The position numbers and the translations under genes are program-made. This document shows positions 54,339 to 63,151 of a stretch of DNA of 64,000 nt, piece after piece (within the stretch, counting starts at the first letter, position 1; each line of letters opens with the position of its first letter). The stretch is from Thermoplasmata archaeon. GTDB taxonomy: Archaea > Thermoplasmatota > Thermoplasmata > Lutacidiplasmatales > UBA184. The DNA lies in NCBI GenBank assembly GCA_030038095.1, contig JASHPK010000035.1:26-64025 (forward strand). The letters are read 5' to 3'. Below the pieces are notes generated by a model. It did no database searches, had not been told where the DNA came from, and saw only the letters and a program-made list of their open reading frames with translations.

Positions 54339-54446
54339 TCACTGCTTGCGCATCTTCTGGGCCCTCATGCGGCGGCGCATCCGCTTCTTGCGCCACTTCC
54401 AGCGCATGTGGCCGCGCTTCTTCCAGACCCGTGAGGAACGTTTCAT
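54339..54446 (-). CDS. rpl41e: Ribosomal protein L41e-like micro-ORF (35 aa; 22 aa from the internal ATG 54407). Below the ORF-track cutoff.
   Basis: My translation: [35 protein letters not shown]. The core [12 protein letters not shown] matches the eL41 signature as I remember it. A TATA box lies ~40 nt upstream. Confidence 0.6.
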   Translation of the reverse strand: [35 protein letters not shown]

Positions 54447-54482
54447 CCCGGAGCGACTCGGACGCGCTGGGAGGGGCGACCG

Positions 54483-54489
54483 TTTAAAA
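54483..54489 (-). promoter_or_regulatory. TATA box (TTTTAAA on minus), upstream of the L41e-like ORF.
   Basis: The plus strand reads cgtttaaaaggg. Confidence 0.45.
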
Positions 54490-54565
54490 GGGTTGCCGCC
54501 GAAGCCGCCGGGCTCGGCGTTCGCGGACCCCCCGGGCTTATCCCTCGGGCCGGGTTCGAGCCGGC

Positions 54566-54982
54566 GTGCTGACGGTCTCCGACCTCGAGATCAACGTCCT
54601 CGAGTTCCGCCAGCGCTCGTTCAGCTTCGACCACGTCGCGTCAGTGGAGGGGGCGGAGTACGCCATCTTCGCGCGCACCGAAACCGAGAGCGAGAGCCAG
54701 TTCCGGCCCCGACTGGTCCATCTGCGGCTCGTCGCACCGCTCCCGTGGATCGTCTACGACGAGGCGAACGACATCCTCCTGCTCGCGAAGGACGGCGCGA
54801 CCGTGCCGGTCCGCCTGACCGAACCCGTGGTGGAGGTGGGCGCCGAGCCCACGGAGTTCCACGAGCAGGGAATCGCCTGGCGACGGACCCCCGGACCCTC
54901 GGGAACCCTGGTCTACGCTCCCGAAGAGCGCGTCGCGACGCTGCTCAGTGCGAAGGGGTGGGCGGCGCTCGGGATCGCCTAG
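54566..54982 (+). CDS. Hypothetical protein (138 aa), possibly DUF2283-like.
   Basis: GTG start. The composition is protein-like. WIVYDEANDILLLAKDG resembles the YD.E.D.LYI motif of DUF2283, but the recognition is weak. Confidence 0.45.
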   Translation: MLTVSDLEINVLEFRQRSFSFDHVASVEGAEYAIFARTETESESQFRPRLVHLRLVAPLPWIVYDEANDILLLAKDGATVPVRLTEPVVEVGAEPTEFHEQGIAWRRTPGPSGTLVYAPEERVATLLSAKGWAALGIA

Positions 54983-55003
54983 GAGCGGCCGGATCGGCCC
55001 CGC

Positions 55004-55777
55004 CTATCCCGGCGACGGGCGCATCACCCGCTCGACCGCGGCGGCGACGACCCCGCCGAGGATCGGGGCGACCCAGAAGATCCAGTCCTGTTGGATCGCC
55101 CAACCGTTGTTGGAGTAGTTGACGGCGGCGCTCAGGATCGCCGGGGCGAAGCTGCGCGCGGGGTTGATGGAGGCCCCGTCGAGCGGGATGGCGACCAGGT
55201 TCGTCATGAGCAGGGTCAGTCCGATCCCGATCGGAGCGAGGTTCTTCGCAAAACCCTCCGAGCGGGTCGCGAACAGGATCACGAGCACGAGGAAGAACGT
55301 GAACGTGACCTCGAGCAGGAACACCGAGCTCGCCGCCATCGTGTACGGAGACCCGTTGCCGGAGTAGCCCTGCGACGCGAGCGCGGCGCCGTGGGCGCCC
55401 GCCACCGAGGTCCAGAGCGAGGTGGATCCGTGGGCGATCGCGGCGAGGAGACCGACGGCCACGATCCCCCCCAGGACCTGGGCGACGATGTACGGAACGA
55501 CGTCCCGCGCCTTGGTGCGGCCGGCGAGCCACATCGCGACCGTCACCGCGGGATTGAGGTGGGCTCCCGAGACGTCCCCAAACGCGTAGACCATCCCGAT
55601 CACGCCCGCGCCGAGCGCGGTGGCGATCAGGAGCACGCGCGCGTCCGGGTCGAACACCCCCGGACCGAACGGGTTCGCCAGGTTCAGGCTGAATAGCGCC
55701 GCGCCCGTCACCGAGAGCAGGAGGCCGAATGTGCCGAGAAACTCCGCGAGATATCGCTGGCCCGATGTCCACGTCAT
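55004..55777 (-). CDS. MIP-family channel (aquaporin/aquaglyceroporin, AqpM-like).
   Basis: ATG 55777 (MTWTSGQRYLAEFLGTF...). Two NPA boxes are present (SGAHLNPAVT, GASINPARS). Confidence 0.92.
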   Translation of the reverse strand: MTWTSGQRYLAEFLGTFGLLLSVTGAALFSLNLANPFGPGVFDPDARVLLIATALGAGVIGMVYAFGDVSGAHLNPAVTVAMWLAGRTKARDVVPYIVAQVLGGIVAVGLLAAIAHGSTSLWTSVAGAHGAALASQGYSGNGSPYTMAASSVFLLEVTFTFFLVLVILFATRSEGFAKNLAPIGIGLTLLMTNLVAIPLDGASINPARSFAPAILSAAVNYSNNGWAIQQDWIFWVAPILGGVVAAAVERVMRPSPG

Positions 55778-55919
55778 CGGCCGGCGACCAGCCCTCGGGG
55801 TGTTAATGCTTCCGGTCGAGGGGCGCGGAGTCTCCTGGGACCCCACCGCCACGGTCCATCCGTCTCCGGTCGATGGGCAGCAGAGTTCAAGCGCACTCCG
55901 GGCTCAGGACTCGAGAGCG

Positions 55920-56459
55920 ATGAACGGATCCCCGAACCGTACGGGTCCCCCGCCGGAGAGCCCGCCGGCCTCCGGCCTCATGGTCCGGTACGGGAAGTTT
56001 CTCATCGTCGGACTGACCGGCGTCGTCGTGAACCTGATCGTCTTCGTCCTGGTCCTCGACGCGATCCACCCCGGGGACCTCGCCGCGCTCATCGCGCTCA
56101 GCACCCGTCTCAAGGGCGGAGCCCAGTTCGCCGCCCTCGATCTGATCGCCGCGAGCTGCGGAGCGTTCGTGGTCGCGACGCTCTGGAACTTCACCCTGAA
56201 CAACCGGTGGACGTTCCGCTCGAGGATCGGGCACCGCCACCCGGTCGGGCGGCGGATGCAGTTCTACTACCTCGTCTCCCTCGGGTCGCTCGCCGTGAAC
56301 GAGGTCGTGCTCTACGTGCTCGATCCACACTTCGCGCCGATCGCCGCGCAGGGGGTCGGGATCATCGCCGGCAGCGTGGTGGGGTTCGTCGGCAACCAGG
56401 AGATCACCTTCCGCGAGGCGATCCCGCTCGCGCCCCCCAAGGGTCCGGCCGACGGCTAG
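55920..56459 (+). CDS. GtrA-family membrane protein (polyisoprenyl-sugar flippase-like).
   Basis: ATG 55920. RYGKFLIVGLTGVVVNLIVF...WNFTLNNRWTFR...GFVGNQEITFRE are typical GtrA motifs. Confidence 0.8.
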   Translation: MNGSPNRTGPPPESPPASGLMVRYGKFLIVGLTGVVVNLIVFVLVLDAIHPGDLAALIALSTRLKGGAQFAALDLIAASCGAFVVATLWNFTLNNRWTFRSRIGHRHPVGRRMQFYYLVSLGSLAVNEVVLYVLDPHFAPIAAQGVGIIAGSVVGFVGNQEITFREAIPLAPPKGPADG

Positions 56460-57595
56460 AGGATCTCCATCTCGGTGAGCTTCTCGGGCAGGTAGTGCTC
56501 CGTGACGTAGTTGAGGCCGTACTTCGCGAGCGACTGCTGCTCGGCCTTCTTGCCGTTCTTCAGCATCAGCTCGATCTCGCTCCGCCACTCCGCGGTCCCG
56601 AACCTCGGGTCGGTCAGCTCGGCCTGGAGCGCCCGGACGTCCTGCTCGGAGAGCTGGTCGGAGGGGAGCTCGTAGTTCTCGATATCGGAGGCCGTGACGC
56701 CGAGGAACTCGGCGGAGGGAGTCGCGAGATAGTTCGAGAGGTGCGCGGTCTTGATCGCCCCGTAGGCGACGCTCGCGTAGATCCGGAACGACCAGGGGTC
56801 CCCGTCGGTGAAGACGACGACGGGCAGCTGGAGCTCCTCCGTGAGCCGCTTCAAGAAGCGGCGCGTCGAGCGGGCGGGCTGGCCCTTCAGATGCACGAGG
56901 ATCGCATCGTGCTCCTCGTCGAAACGGTTCTCGGCGAGACGGTCGACCATCCCGCCGCACTCGATCGCGATCACGAACTTCGCGTTCGAGCCGACGAACT
57001 CGATCTTCTCCTTCTCGACGTTGAACGGCAGGGAGTAGCCCCCGTCGCCGACGTCGTCCTTGCAGTTGATCTTCTTGACGATCCCCTGCCGGTTCCGCTC
57101 CTTGATCGTGAGGTCCCCGATCACCGACGCGCCGTTCTCCTCGGGGTGGAGGCGGAAGTCCTCGCGCAGGCGCGTGCACATGACCTCGAGGTCCTCGATC
57201 AGGAGGTTCGACTCGTCCTCGCTGTGGAACTTCGCGTCCTCCCACGCCTCGCTGATGTAGTAGAGCTCCCGGAGGGTCGACGTCTTGCGGTCCCGGGCCA
57301 TCTCGTTGATGAAATCGACGAGGTAGAACGTGCGGAGCAGCATGAGCGCGCCGTCGAGCTTGCGGGCGCTGCGGGTGCCCATCGCCTTCCCGAGCCGCCA
57401 GACCCCCTCGCGCATCTGGAAGGAGAGGTTCTGCTTGGTCCGCAGCGGCAGGCGCATCCGCGGGATCTCGCCGCGGTCGAGCTGGTCGTAGATCTGCTCG
57501 GCGAGCTCGAGGGTCGGGGCGAGCGCGTCCGCTCGGACCTTCGGGAGATCGGCGTCACTCTTCGTCGCTGACGTGCGCGCTCGCTTCGGCGGCAT
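56456..57595 (-). CDS. top6A: DNA topoisomerase VI subunit A (Spo11-like).
   Basis: ATG 57595 (MPPKRARTS...). The catalytic Tyr region is [10 protein letters not shown]. The Toprim region is VIAIECGGM...[11 protein letters not shown]. The start overlaps the top6B 3' end by 41 nt. Confidence 0.93.
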   Translation of the reverse strand: MPPKRARTSATKSDADLPKVRADALAPTLELAEQIYDQLDRGEIPRMRLPLRTKQNLSFQMREGVWRLGKAMGTRSARKLDGALMLLRTFYLVDFINEMARDRKTSTLRELYYISEAWEDAKFHSEDESNLLIEDLEVMCTRLREDFRLHPEENGASVIGDLTIKERNRQGIVKKINCKDDVGDGGYSLPFNVEKEKIEFVGSNAKFVIAIECGGMVDRLAENRFDEEHDAILVHLKGQPARSTRRFLKRLTEELQLPVVVFTDGDPWSFRIYASVAYGAIKTAHLSNYLATPSAEFLGVTASDIENYELPSDQLSEQDVRALQAELTDPRFGTAEWRSEIELMLKNGKKAEQQSLAKYGLNYVTEHYLPEKLTEMEIL

Positions 57596-59576
57596 CGTAG
57601 TCCACCTCCTCCTCGCCGGCCCCTTCCTGAGCCGCCTCCTGGGCCGCCATCTCGGCAGCCTCGACGATCGTCCTCGGGAGCCGGACGTCCCAGTCGCCGG
57701 GCAACGGGTCCGCCCCCAGCACGTGCGCCTCATCGATCCCGGCGATGTACCAGTCGAAGTCGCTCGCGTCGACGTCGCTCTTCGCCGGGAAGGCGACCTC
57801 GAGCTTCGTGCGGCCGTTCGGCGCGAGCTTCGGGAGGGTCCACCAGGCGCGTCCGAGCTCGGGCTCGGTCCCCTCGGGGGCGGGCTCGAAGGCGGCGAGG
57901 GCCATCACGTCCGGCGGGATCTCCACGAACAGCTCGAGGACCCGGGCCCGGGGCGTGAAGTTCGTGACCTCGACGGGAACGCGGACCGCCTTCGGCTCCG
58001 CGATCACCTGCGTCTCGACGTTCACGACGTCCATGATGCGCGTGATCACGGCGGTGAGGTCGGGGGACGGCTTGCCGACCAGGTGGCTCGTCTTCTCGGC
58101 GAGCTTCGGGAGGATCCGGCGGATGATCGTGAACTTCTCGTTCGCGAAGTCCCGCCGGCTCCGGCGCGAGAGGTGGGTGCGCAGGTGCCGGGCCGCCGCC
58201 TGGAGCGCCAGCGTCAGCTCCTTGTCGATCTCGGGGTCCTCCGCGATCGCCTCCTTCGCCTCGCTCGTGAACGGGATCTTCGTCGACGCGACGTGTACGA
58301 GGATGAGGGCCGGTCCGCTCGGTACTCCCGAGCCGCCCTTCTGGTCGAGCCCGTAGCGGCGCCAGTCGAGGTTGGAGATCGCGTTCGTGATCGCGCAGGC
58401 CCCCTGCTGGAACAGGAGCGGCACGCGGTTGGCGAAGCGGAGGATCTGCACCGGCTGATCCGGTGGAAGGCCGCCGCCGTAGACCAGGCCGACCTCGACC
58501 ATGAACGGGAAGCCACCGCGCACCTTCGGCGGCCGGCTCACCGGGGGTGCGAAGAACTCGGGTTTGAGCTCCCCGAGGACATTGCGCAGCCCGCGCTTGA
58601 TGAGCATCGACCCGATCGGAGAGAGGCAGTCGGGGGAAGGCGCGACGAGCGGAACCTCGTGCAGGGCGGTGAGCAGTCGCTCCTGGCGCTCCCCCTGGAT
58701 CGAGGCGGGAGGTTCGTTCGCGCGGAACGAACCTCGGGTCAACACGTCCTTGACGGCGCGCTGGCTGACGCCCTGGAGGTCCTTCGCGAGGAACTCGGCG
58801 AGGGTCGCTCGCTTCGTCCCCTTGAGGAGGTATCCGAGCTCCCCGAGTTCGAGACCGTACGGATGGGGGAGCGTCTCCTTCGACGCCGGAGGCAGGTCGG
58901 TGGAGGCCCGCTCGAAGGTGACCCGGGTCCCGTCCGGCTCCACGAGGACGATGCGGGCGTGGGGATTGACGATCGCCGTGCCCCGAAGGTAGTCGAGCGG
59001 CGACTGACGGCCCCGCGTGTACCGGGCCTTGAGGACCAGCTCGACGCGCGTGCCGTGCGGGCGGTCCCACAGGTCGAGGCCCTCCGAGACGACCTTCGGG
59101 AGGTTCTTCTGCGTATCGATGACGAGCTCGAGGACGTGCGCGGCCTCCTCCTCCTCGACCTTCGACGTGATGCGAGCGGGCCGGGCCGTCGTGAGGTTGG
59201 CGTAGAGCACCGCCGCCGAGATCCCGATCCCCTGCTGTCCCCGGGCCTGGCGGTTCGAGTGGAAGCGGGAGCCGTAGAGCAGCCGGGCGAAGACGTTCGG
59301 GATCTCCTTGCGCAGGATCCCCGGACCGTTGTCGGTCACGGCGACCCCGATCCGGTCCTCGCTCTCCTTCGAGATCTCGACCAGGACGTCGGGGAGGATC
59401 GACGCCTCCTCGCAGGCGTCGACGCTGTTGTCCACCCCCTCCTTGACCGTGGTCAGGAGGGCACGCTGGAGATTATCGAACCCGAGGATCTGGCGATTCC
59501 GCTCGAAGAACTCCGCGACCGAGATCTCGCGCTGCTTCGCCGCGAGCTGCTGGGCGATGGTCTGGGGTGGGGTCAC
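57555..59576 (-). CDS. top6B: DNA topoisomerase VI subunit B (GHKL ATPase).
   Basis: [19 protein letters not shown], the Bergerat-fold motifs [11 protein letters not shown] and DNGPGI, and GQQGIGISA. It has an acidic C-terminal tail. Confidence 0.93.
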   Translation of the reverse strand: MTPPQTIAQQLAAKQREISVAEFFERNRQILGFDNLQRALLTTVKEGVDNSVDACEEASILPDVLVEISKESEDRIGVAVTDNGPGILRKEIPNVFARLLYGSRFHSNRQARGQQGIGISAAVLYANLTTARPARITSKVEEEEAAHVLELVIDTQKNLPKVVSEGLDLWDRPHGTRVELVLKARYTRGRQSPLDYLRGTAIVNPHARIVLVEPDGTRVTFERASTDLPPASKETLPHPYGLELGELGYLLKGTKRATLAEFLAKDLQGVSQRAVKDVLTRGSFRANEPPASIQGERQERLLTALHEVPLVAPSPDCLSPIGSMLIKRGLRNVLGELKPEFFAPPVSRPPKVRGGFPFMVEVGLVYGGGLPPDQPVQILRFANRVPLLFQQGACAITNAISNLDWRRYGLDQKGGSGVPSGPALILVHVASTKIPFTSEAKEAIAEDPEIDKELTLALQAAARHLRTHLSRRSRRDFANEKFTIIRRILPKLAEKTSHLVGKPSPDLTAVITRIMDVVNVETQVIAEPKAVRVPVEVTNFTPRARVLELFVEIPPDVMALAAFEPAPEGTEPELGRAWWTLPKLAPNGRTKLEVAFPAKSDVDASDFDWYIAGIDEAHVLGADPLPGDWDVRLPRTIVEAAEMAAQEAAQEGAGEEEVDYDAAEASAHVSDEE

Positions 59577-59633
59577 CGGACGGGACCGGGACGCCGCGCG
59601 CTATAAACGGCGCGCTCGAACCGAACGGTGGGA

Positions 59634-60449
59634 TCACGCGGGTCCGAGCGGGCCGGGCCGGCTCGACACGTCCCTCAGGACGGGGCGGAACGGGCGCCAC
59701 CGACCCGATTCGTGCGGATCGACCTCGACCTCGAGGACCGACTCCTCGGCGGCCAAGCCCTCGACCGTGCGGCGTTCGAGGACCATCGGTTCGCCGCGAG
59801 CGTCCCACGCCGCCGAACCCCCGCCGAAGACGAGGCCGTCCTCCACGCCGACCCGGTTCACGTAGACGACCGGCAGCCCGTTCTCGATCGCCCGCGCCGG
59901 GAGCAGTCGTTCAAAGAGCCGTCGGCTCGTCACCGGGGAGGCGCTGACCACGACGACGATCTCGGCGCCGCCGAGGGCGAGATCGCGCGAGACCTCGGGA
60001 AAGAAGGTGTCGTAGCAGATCTCGAAGCCGATCCGCCGCTCCCCGAGCGCGATCGGGAGGCTCCGGTCGGTGGGCGTGAAGACGATGCCCTCCTCGAACG
60101 GTCCGAACGTCGGGAGGTAGCGCTTGATCTGGACTCCGAGGTGGCCGTCGGGCGCGGCGACGAGCACGACGTTCTCCACCTCTCCGCGACGCGTCGGGGA
60201 GGCCCGGGGCGCCCCGACCGCGATCCCGCACCCGGTCTCCCCGGCGAGCGCCCGGAGCCGGGGAAGCGTCGTATCCCCCTCCCGGACCGCGAGCGTGTGG
60301 AACCGGTCCCCGACCCGGTACCCCGAGAGGAAGAGTTCCGGGAAGACGGCGAGGTCGGCCGGTCCGGCCCGCACGACCTTCTCGAGCCGATCCAGGTTCC
60401 GGCCGAGGTCCCCCGGGGCCGGCGCGAGCTCGGCGAGCCGCAGACGCAT
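59634..60449 (-). CDS. Carbon-nitrogen hydrolase (nitrilase superfamily).
   Basis: ATG 60449 shares one base with the upstream stop (TGATG). The E-K-C triad contexts are VFPELF, QIKRYLP and FEICYD. Confidence 0.85.
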   Translation of the reverse strand: MRLRLAELAPAPGDLGRNLDRLEKVVRAGPADLAVFPELFLSGYRVGDRFHTLAVREGDTTLPRLRALAGETGCGIAVGAPRASPTRRGEVENVVLVAAPDGHLGVQIKRYLPTFGPFEEGIVFTPTDRSLPIALGERRIGFEICYDTFFPEVSRDLALGGAEIVVVVSASPVTSRRLFERLLPARAIENGLPVVYVNRVGVEDGLVFGGGSAAWDARGEPMVLERRTVEGLAAEESVLEVEVDPHESGRWRPFRPVLRDVSSRPGPLGPA

Positions 60450-60919
60450 CAGTAGAAGTACCGCCGGACGGCGAGGAGGTAGACGAACAGGAGCACGAAG
60501 AGGACGAAGAGGACCGTGATCGACCCGGTGAAGAACAGGTACGCCGTCGACGCGAAGACGAGGATGATCGTCGTCCAGAGGGCCCACGTCTCCTGGCGCC
60601 AGAGGGAGGTCGCGATCGCGAGGAGGGTCGCGCCGAGCACGGCGAGGATCGCCGCGCCGTAGATGTCGATGGACGGGAAGATCTCGAAGACCGACGGGAC
60701 GACGTTGCCCACGACGGCGTTGAGCAGGAACAGCAGCCCCGCGAGCAGCATGACGACCCCGAGCAGCGCGATCAGCACCGACACCACGGCGATGCCGAGC
60801 GGGAGCCGGGGACGGGCCGACGTCGGCTCCCAGTGCGGCGGGAGCTGGTCGAACTCGACCGGCCCCGCGCCCCCCGCATCGGACGTGGCGCTCGCCTGGA
60901 GGTAGGACGTGGCGCTCAT
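60449..60919 (-). CDS. Small four-TM membrane protein (156 aa), coupled to the CN-hydrolase.
   Basis: LGIAVVSVLIALLGVVMLLAGLLFLL, AAILAVLGATLLAIA, LWTTIILVFASTAYLFF and VLFVLFVLLFVYLLAV helices. Confidence 0.6.
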   Translation of the reverse strand: MSATSYLQASATSDAGGAGPVEFDQLPPHWEPTSARPRLPLGIAVVSVLIALLGVVMLLAGLLFLLNAVVGNVVPSVFEIFPSIDIYGAAILAVLGATLLAIATSLWRQETWALWTTIILVFASTAYLFFTGSITVLFVLFVLLFVYLLAVRRYFY

Positions 60920-60991
60920 GCCGGTTCGCTCCCGCGGCCCATCGACCCCGCGAAGGGAAGATGTAGCTTTCGTTCGAGGGGCGCGGGGCGC

Positions 60992-62050
60992 CTAGAAGCG
61001 CCGCTCGGCGGCGCCTCGCGCGAGCCGCTCGAGCAGGTGCCGGTACGGCGACGGCGGGACCGGCTCGAGCGCCTGCACCGCGCGATCGGCCCACTGCGCC
61101 GCCTCCGCCGCGACGACCTCCGCCGCCCCGGTCGAATCGGTGAGCTCCTTCAGGCGCAGCAGGTGCTTCGTGCGCTTGCGGCGGAGCTGGAAGAGGGTCT
61201 CGAACTCCGCCATCCGCCTCGGGTCGAGCCGGAGGTACGCCTCGAGCGAGACGACCGTGGGATTCCCTTCGCGGAAGTCGGTGAAGAGCGGCTTGCCGAG
61301 GAGGTCCGGGTCCCCGTAGACGTCGAGCAGGTCGTCCCGGATCTGGAAGGCGATGCCGAGCGCTCGGCCGTACGCCTGCAGGGCGTCGATCCTCGGCGGC
61401 GTCGCCTCGGCGATCTCGGCGACCGATCCGAGCGCCGCGGCGATGATCGCCGCCGTCTTCCGCTCGACGACGCGGAAGTAGTGCTCGCGCCCGGTGGAGA
61501 GGTCGAACCGGCACGACTCCTGGAGGACCTCGCCCTCGACCAGGTCGGCGCACGACTCCCCGCAGCGCAGGATGATCGACTTCGGGTACTCGGCGGCGAG
61601 CTCGAAGGCGCGGACGAACAGGTAGTCCCCCGAGACGATGGCGAGCGGCACCCCGAAGGCGCGGGGCATCGACGGCCGGCCGCGCCGGGTCTCGGCGTGG
61701 TCGATCACGTCGTCGTGGACGAGGGTTGCCGTGTGGATCAGCTGGAACGCCGCCGCGAGCGAGTGGATCGGCCGCGTCGACTCCGCGCCGAGGGCCCGCA
61801 GCGCGACCGCCATGAGCAGCGGCCGGACGCGCTTGCCGCCGGTCGAGCAGGCGTAGCGGGCCGCCTCGGTGAGCTGGGTGTAGGTCGAGCCGAGGACCTG
61901 CTGGAGCCGCCAGTCGATGTCCGAGAGGTCGCGGACGAGCACCGGCAGGAGCTCCGCGAGCTCGCTGGCCGTCGCGGTGCCGAGCGTCTGCGAGACCAGC
62001 GCCTCGAGCGACGGTTCGACCGGCTCGGAGGCGGAGGTCGGGCTGGTCAC
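60992..62050 (-). CDS. Polyprenyl diphosphate synthase (GGPP synthase-type; chain length not assignable).
   Basis: GTGA overlap with the upstream reductase. FARM motif LVHDDVIDH and SARM motif FQIRDDLLD are present. Confidence 0.88.
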   Translation of the reverse strand: MTSPTSASEPVEPSLEALVSQTLGTATASELAELLPVLVRDLSDIDWRLQQVLGSTYTQLTEAARYACSTGGKRVRPLLMAVALRALGAESTRPIHSLAAAFQLIHTATLVHDDVIDHAETRRGRPSMPRAFGVPLAIVSGDYLFVRAFELAAEYPKSIILRCGESCADLVEGEVLQESCRFDLSTGREHYFRVVERKTAAIIAAALGSVAEIAEATPPRIDALQAYGRALGIAFQIRDDLLDVYGDPDLLGKPLFTDFREGNPTVVSLEAYLRLDPRRMAEFETLFQLRRKRTKHLLRLKELTDSTGAAEVVAAEAAQWADRAVQALEPVPPSPYRHLLERLARGAAERRF

Positions 62051-63147
62051 GAGTTCCTCCCGAGGCGCGGGGGCCAGCGCAGCCGCATCATCTCGTCGAG
62101 ACCCGAAGCCCCGATATAGCGCATCCCCAGCGCCAGGAGCGGGTCGAACGAGGCGATCCGCTCGCTGAACCGCTGGATCCGGGCGGCGCGCTCGAGGGGA
62201 CGGAAGAGCGCGGCGCGCCAGGCGCGGTCGTAGTCGGCGAGCGGAGCGCCCGAGCGGCAGTGCCCGGCCGCCGCCCGCCCCGCGAGCCAGCCGCTGAGCA
62301 TCGCGGTCGGGATCCCGCCGCCGTTGGTCGCCATGACGAGGTTCGCGGCATCGCCGGCGAGGAGCGAACGGCCCCGGACGAGGCTCTCGGGCGGGGGTCC
62401 GACGGGGACCCACCACCGGGTCCGGTCGCGGACCGGGCCGAGGCCGTGGTCCCGGACGAGGTCGTCCAGGAGGCGGTCGAGGGGCCGGCTCCGCGGGAGC
62501 GTCGCCACGCCGAGGCCGACGTTCGCGTCGAAGGCGCGGGGGAAGACCCAGGCGTACCCGCCGGGGGCGTCGCGGCCGAAGTAGAGGTCGATCCCGTCGC
62601 CGAGCGGCGCGTCGATCGTCGCCGTGATCATGCGGAACAGCACGCGGGGCGGCGCGAAGCCGACCGACCGGGCGACGGTGGAGAGGGGGCCATCGGCCCC
62701 GACCACGACGCGGGCGCGGACCCGGTCGCCGTCGGCGAGGACGACCTCATCGTCGTGCACGCCCGTGACGCCCGCGGGATACCGGAGCTCGGCGCCCGAG
62801 CCCTCCGCCCGGTGGGCGAGCGCCTTATCGAAGGCCCGGCGGGAGACCGTGCACCCCTCGAGGGGAAAGCGGAACCGGTGCCCGTAGGGGGAGATGCAGG
62901 TCATCCAGCGGGTCTCGCGCTGCACGGTGGCCGCCGGGACCTCGTACGCCGCGGCGATCAGCGCCGGACACGGCAGGAGGTCCGCGAGCTCGCGGGCGGA
63001 CGGCAGGAACTCCCCGCACTGCACCGGATGGCCGAGCTCGGCGCGGTGGTCGAGGAGGAGGGTCGTGGCCCCGCCTTCCACGGCCGCCCGGGCGGCCAGC
63101 GAGCCGGCCGGGCCGGCTCCGACCACCACAACGTCGAACCCTTCCAC
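62047..63147 (-). CDS. Geranylgeranyl reductase family flavoprotein (digeranylgeranylglycerophospholipid reductase-like).
   Basis: GTG start. FAD motif DVVVVGAGPAGSLAA and the PVQCGEFLP motif are present. 366 aa. Confidence 0.88.
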   Translation of the reverse strand: MEGFDVVVVGAGPAGSLAARAAVEGGATTLLLDHRAELGHPVQCGEFLPSARELADLLPCPALIAAAYEVPAATVQRETRWMTCISPYGHRFRFPLEGCTVSRRAFDKALAHRAEGSGAELRYPAGVTGVHDDEVVLADGDRVRARVVVGADGPLSTVARSVGFAPPRVLFRMITATIDAPLGDGIDLYFGRDAPGGYAWVFPRAFDANVGLGVATLPRSRPLDRLLDDLVRDHGLGPVRDRTRWWVPVGPPPESLVRGRSLLAGDAANLVMATNGGGIPTAMLSGWLAGRAAAGHCRSGAPLADYDRAWRAALFRPLERAARIQRFSERIASFDPLLALGMRYIGASGLDEMMRLRWPPRLGRNS

Positions 63148-63151
63148 GGGC

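Noticed and set aside
56456-56459. A shared palindromic CTAG in which the GtrA stop (TAG, +) and the top6A stop (TAG, -) overlap.
   Set aside because: This is a trivial consequence of convergent genes ending on a palindromic tetranucleotide. There is no reason to infer function.
57573-59606. A 677-aa plus-strand ORF. Similar long ORFs occur at 1326-2942(-), 13640-15658(-), 15342-17138(+), 47379-49265(-), 48128-49855(+) and 59634-61553(-, upstream part).
   Set aside because: All are antisense to, or frame-shifted over, well-supported genes (top6B, PAC2-like/desulfurase, hisS, htpX, coaBC, ZIP2 and others). Their composition is Arg/Pro/Gly/Asp-dominated and they have no family motifs.
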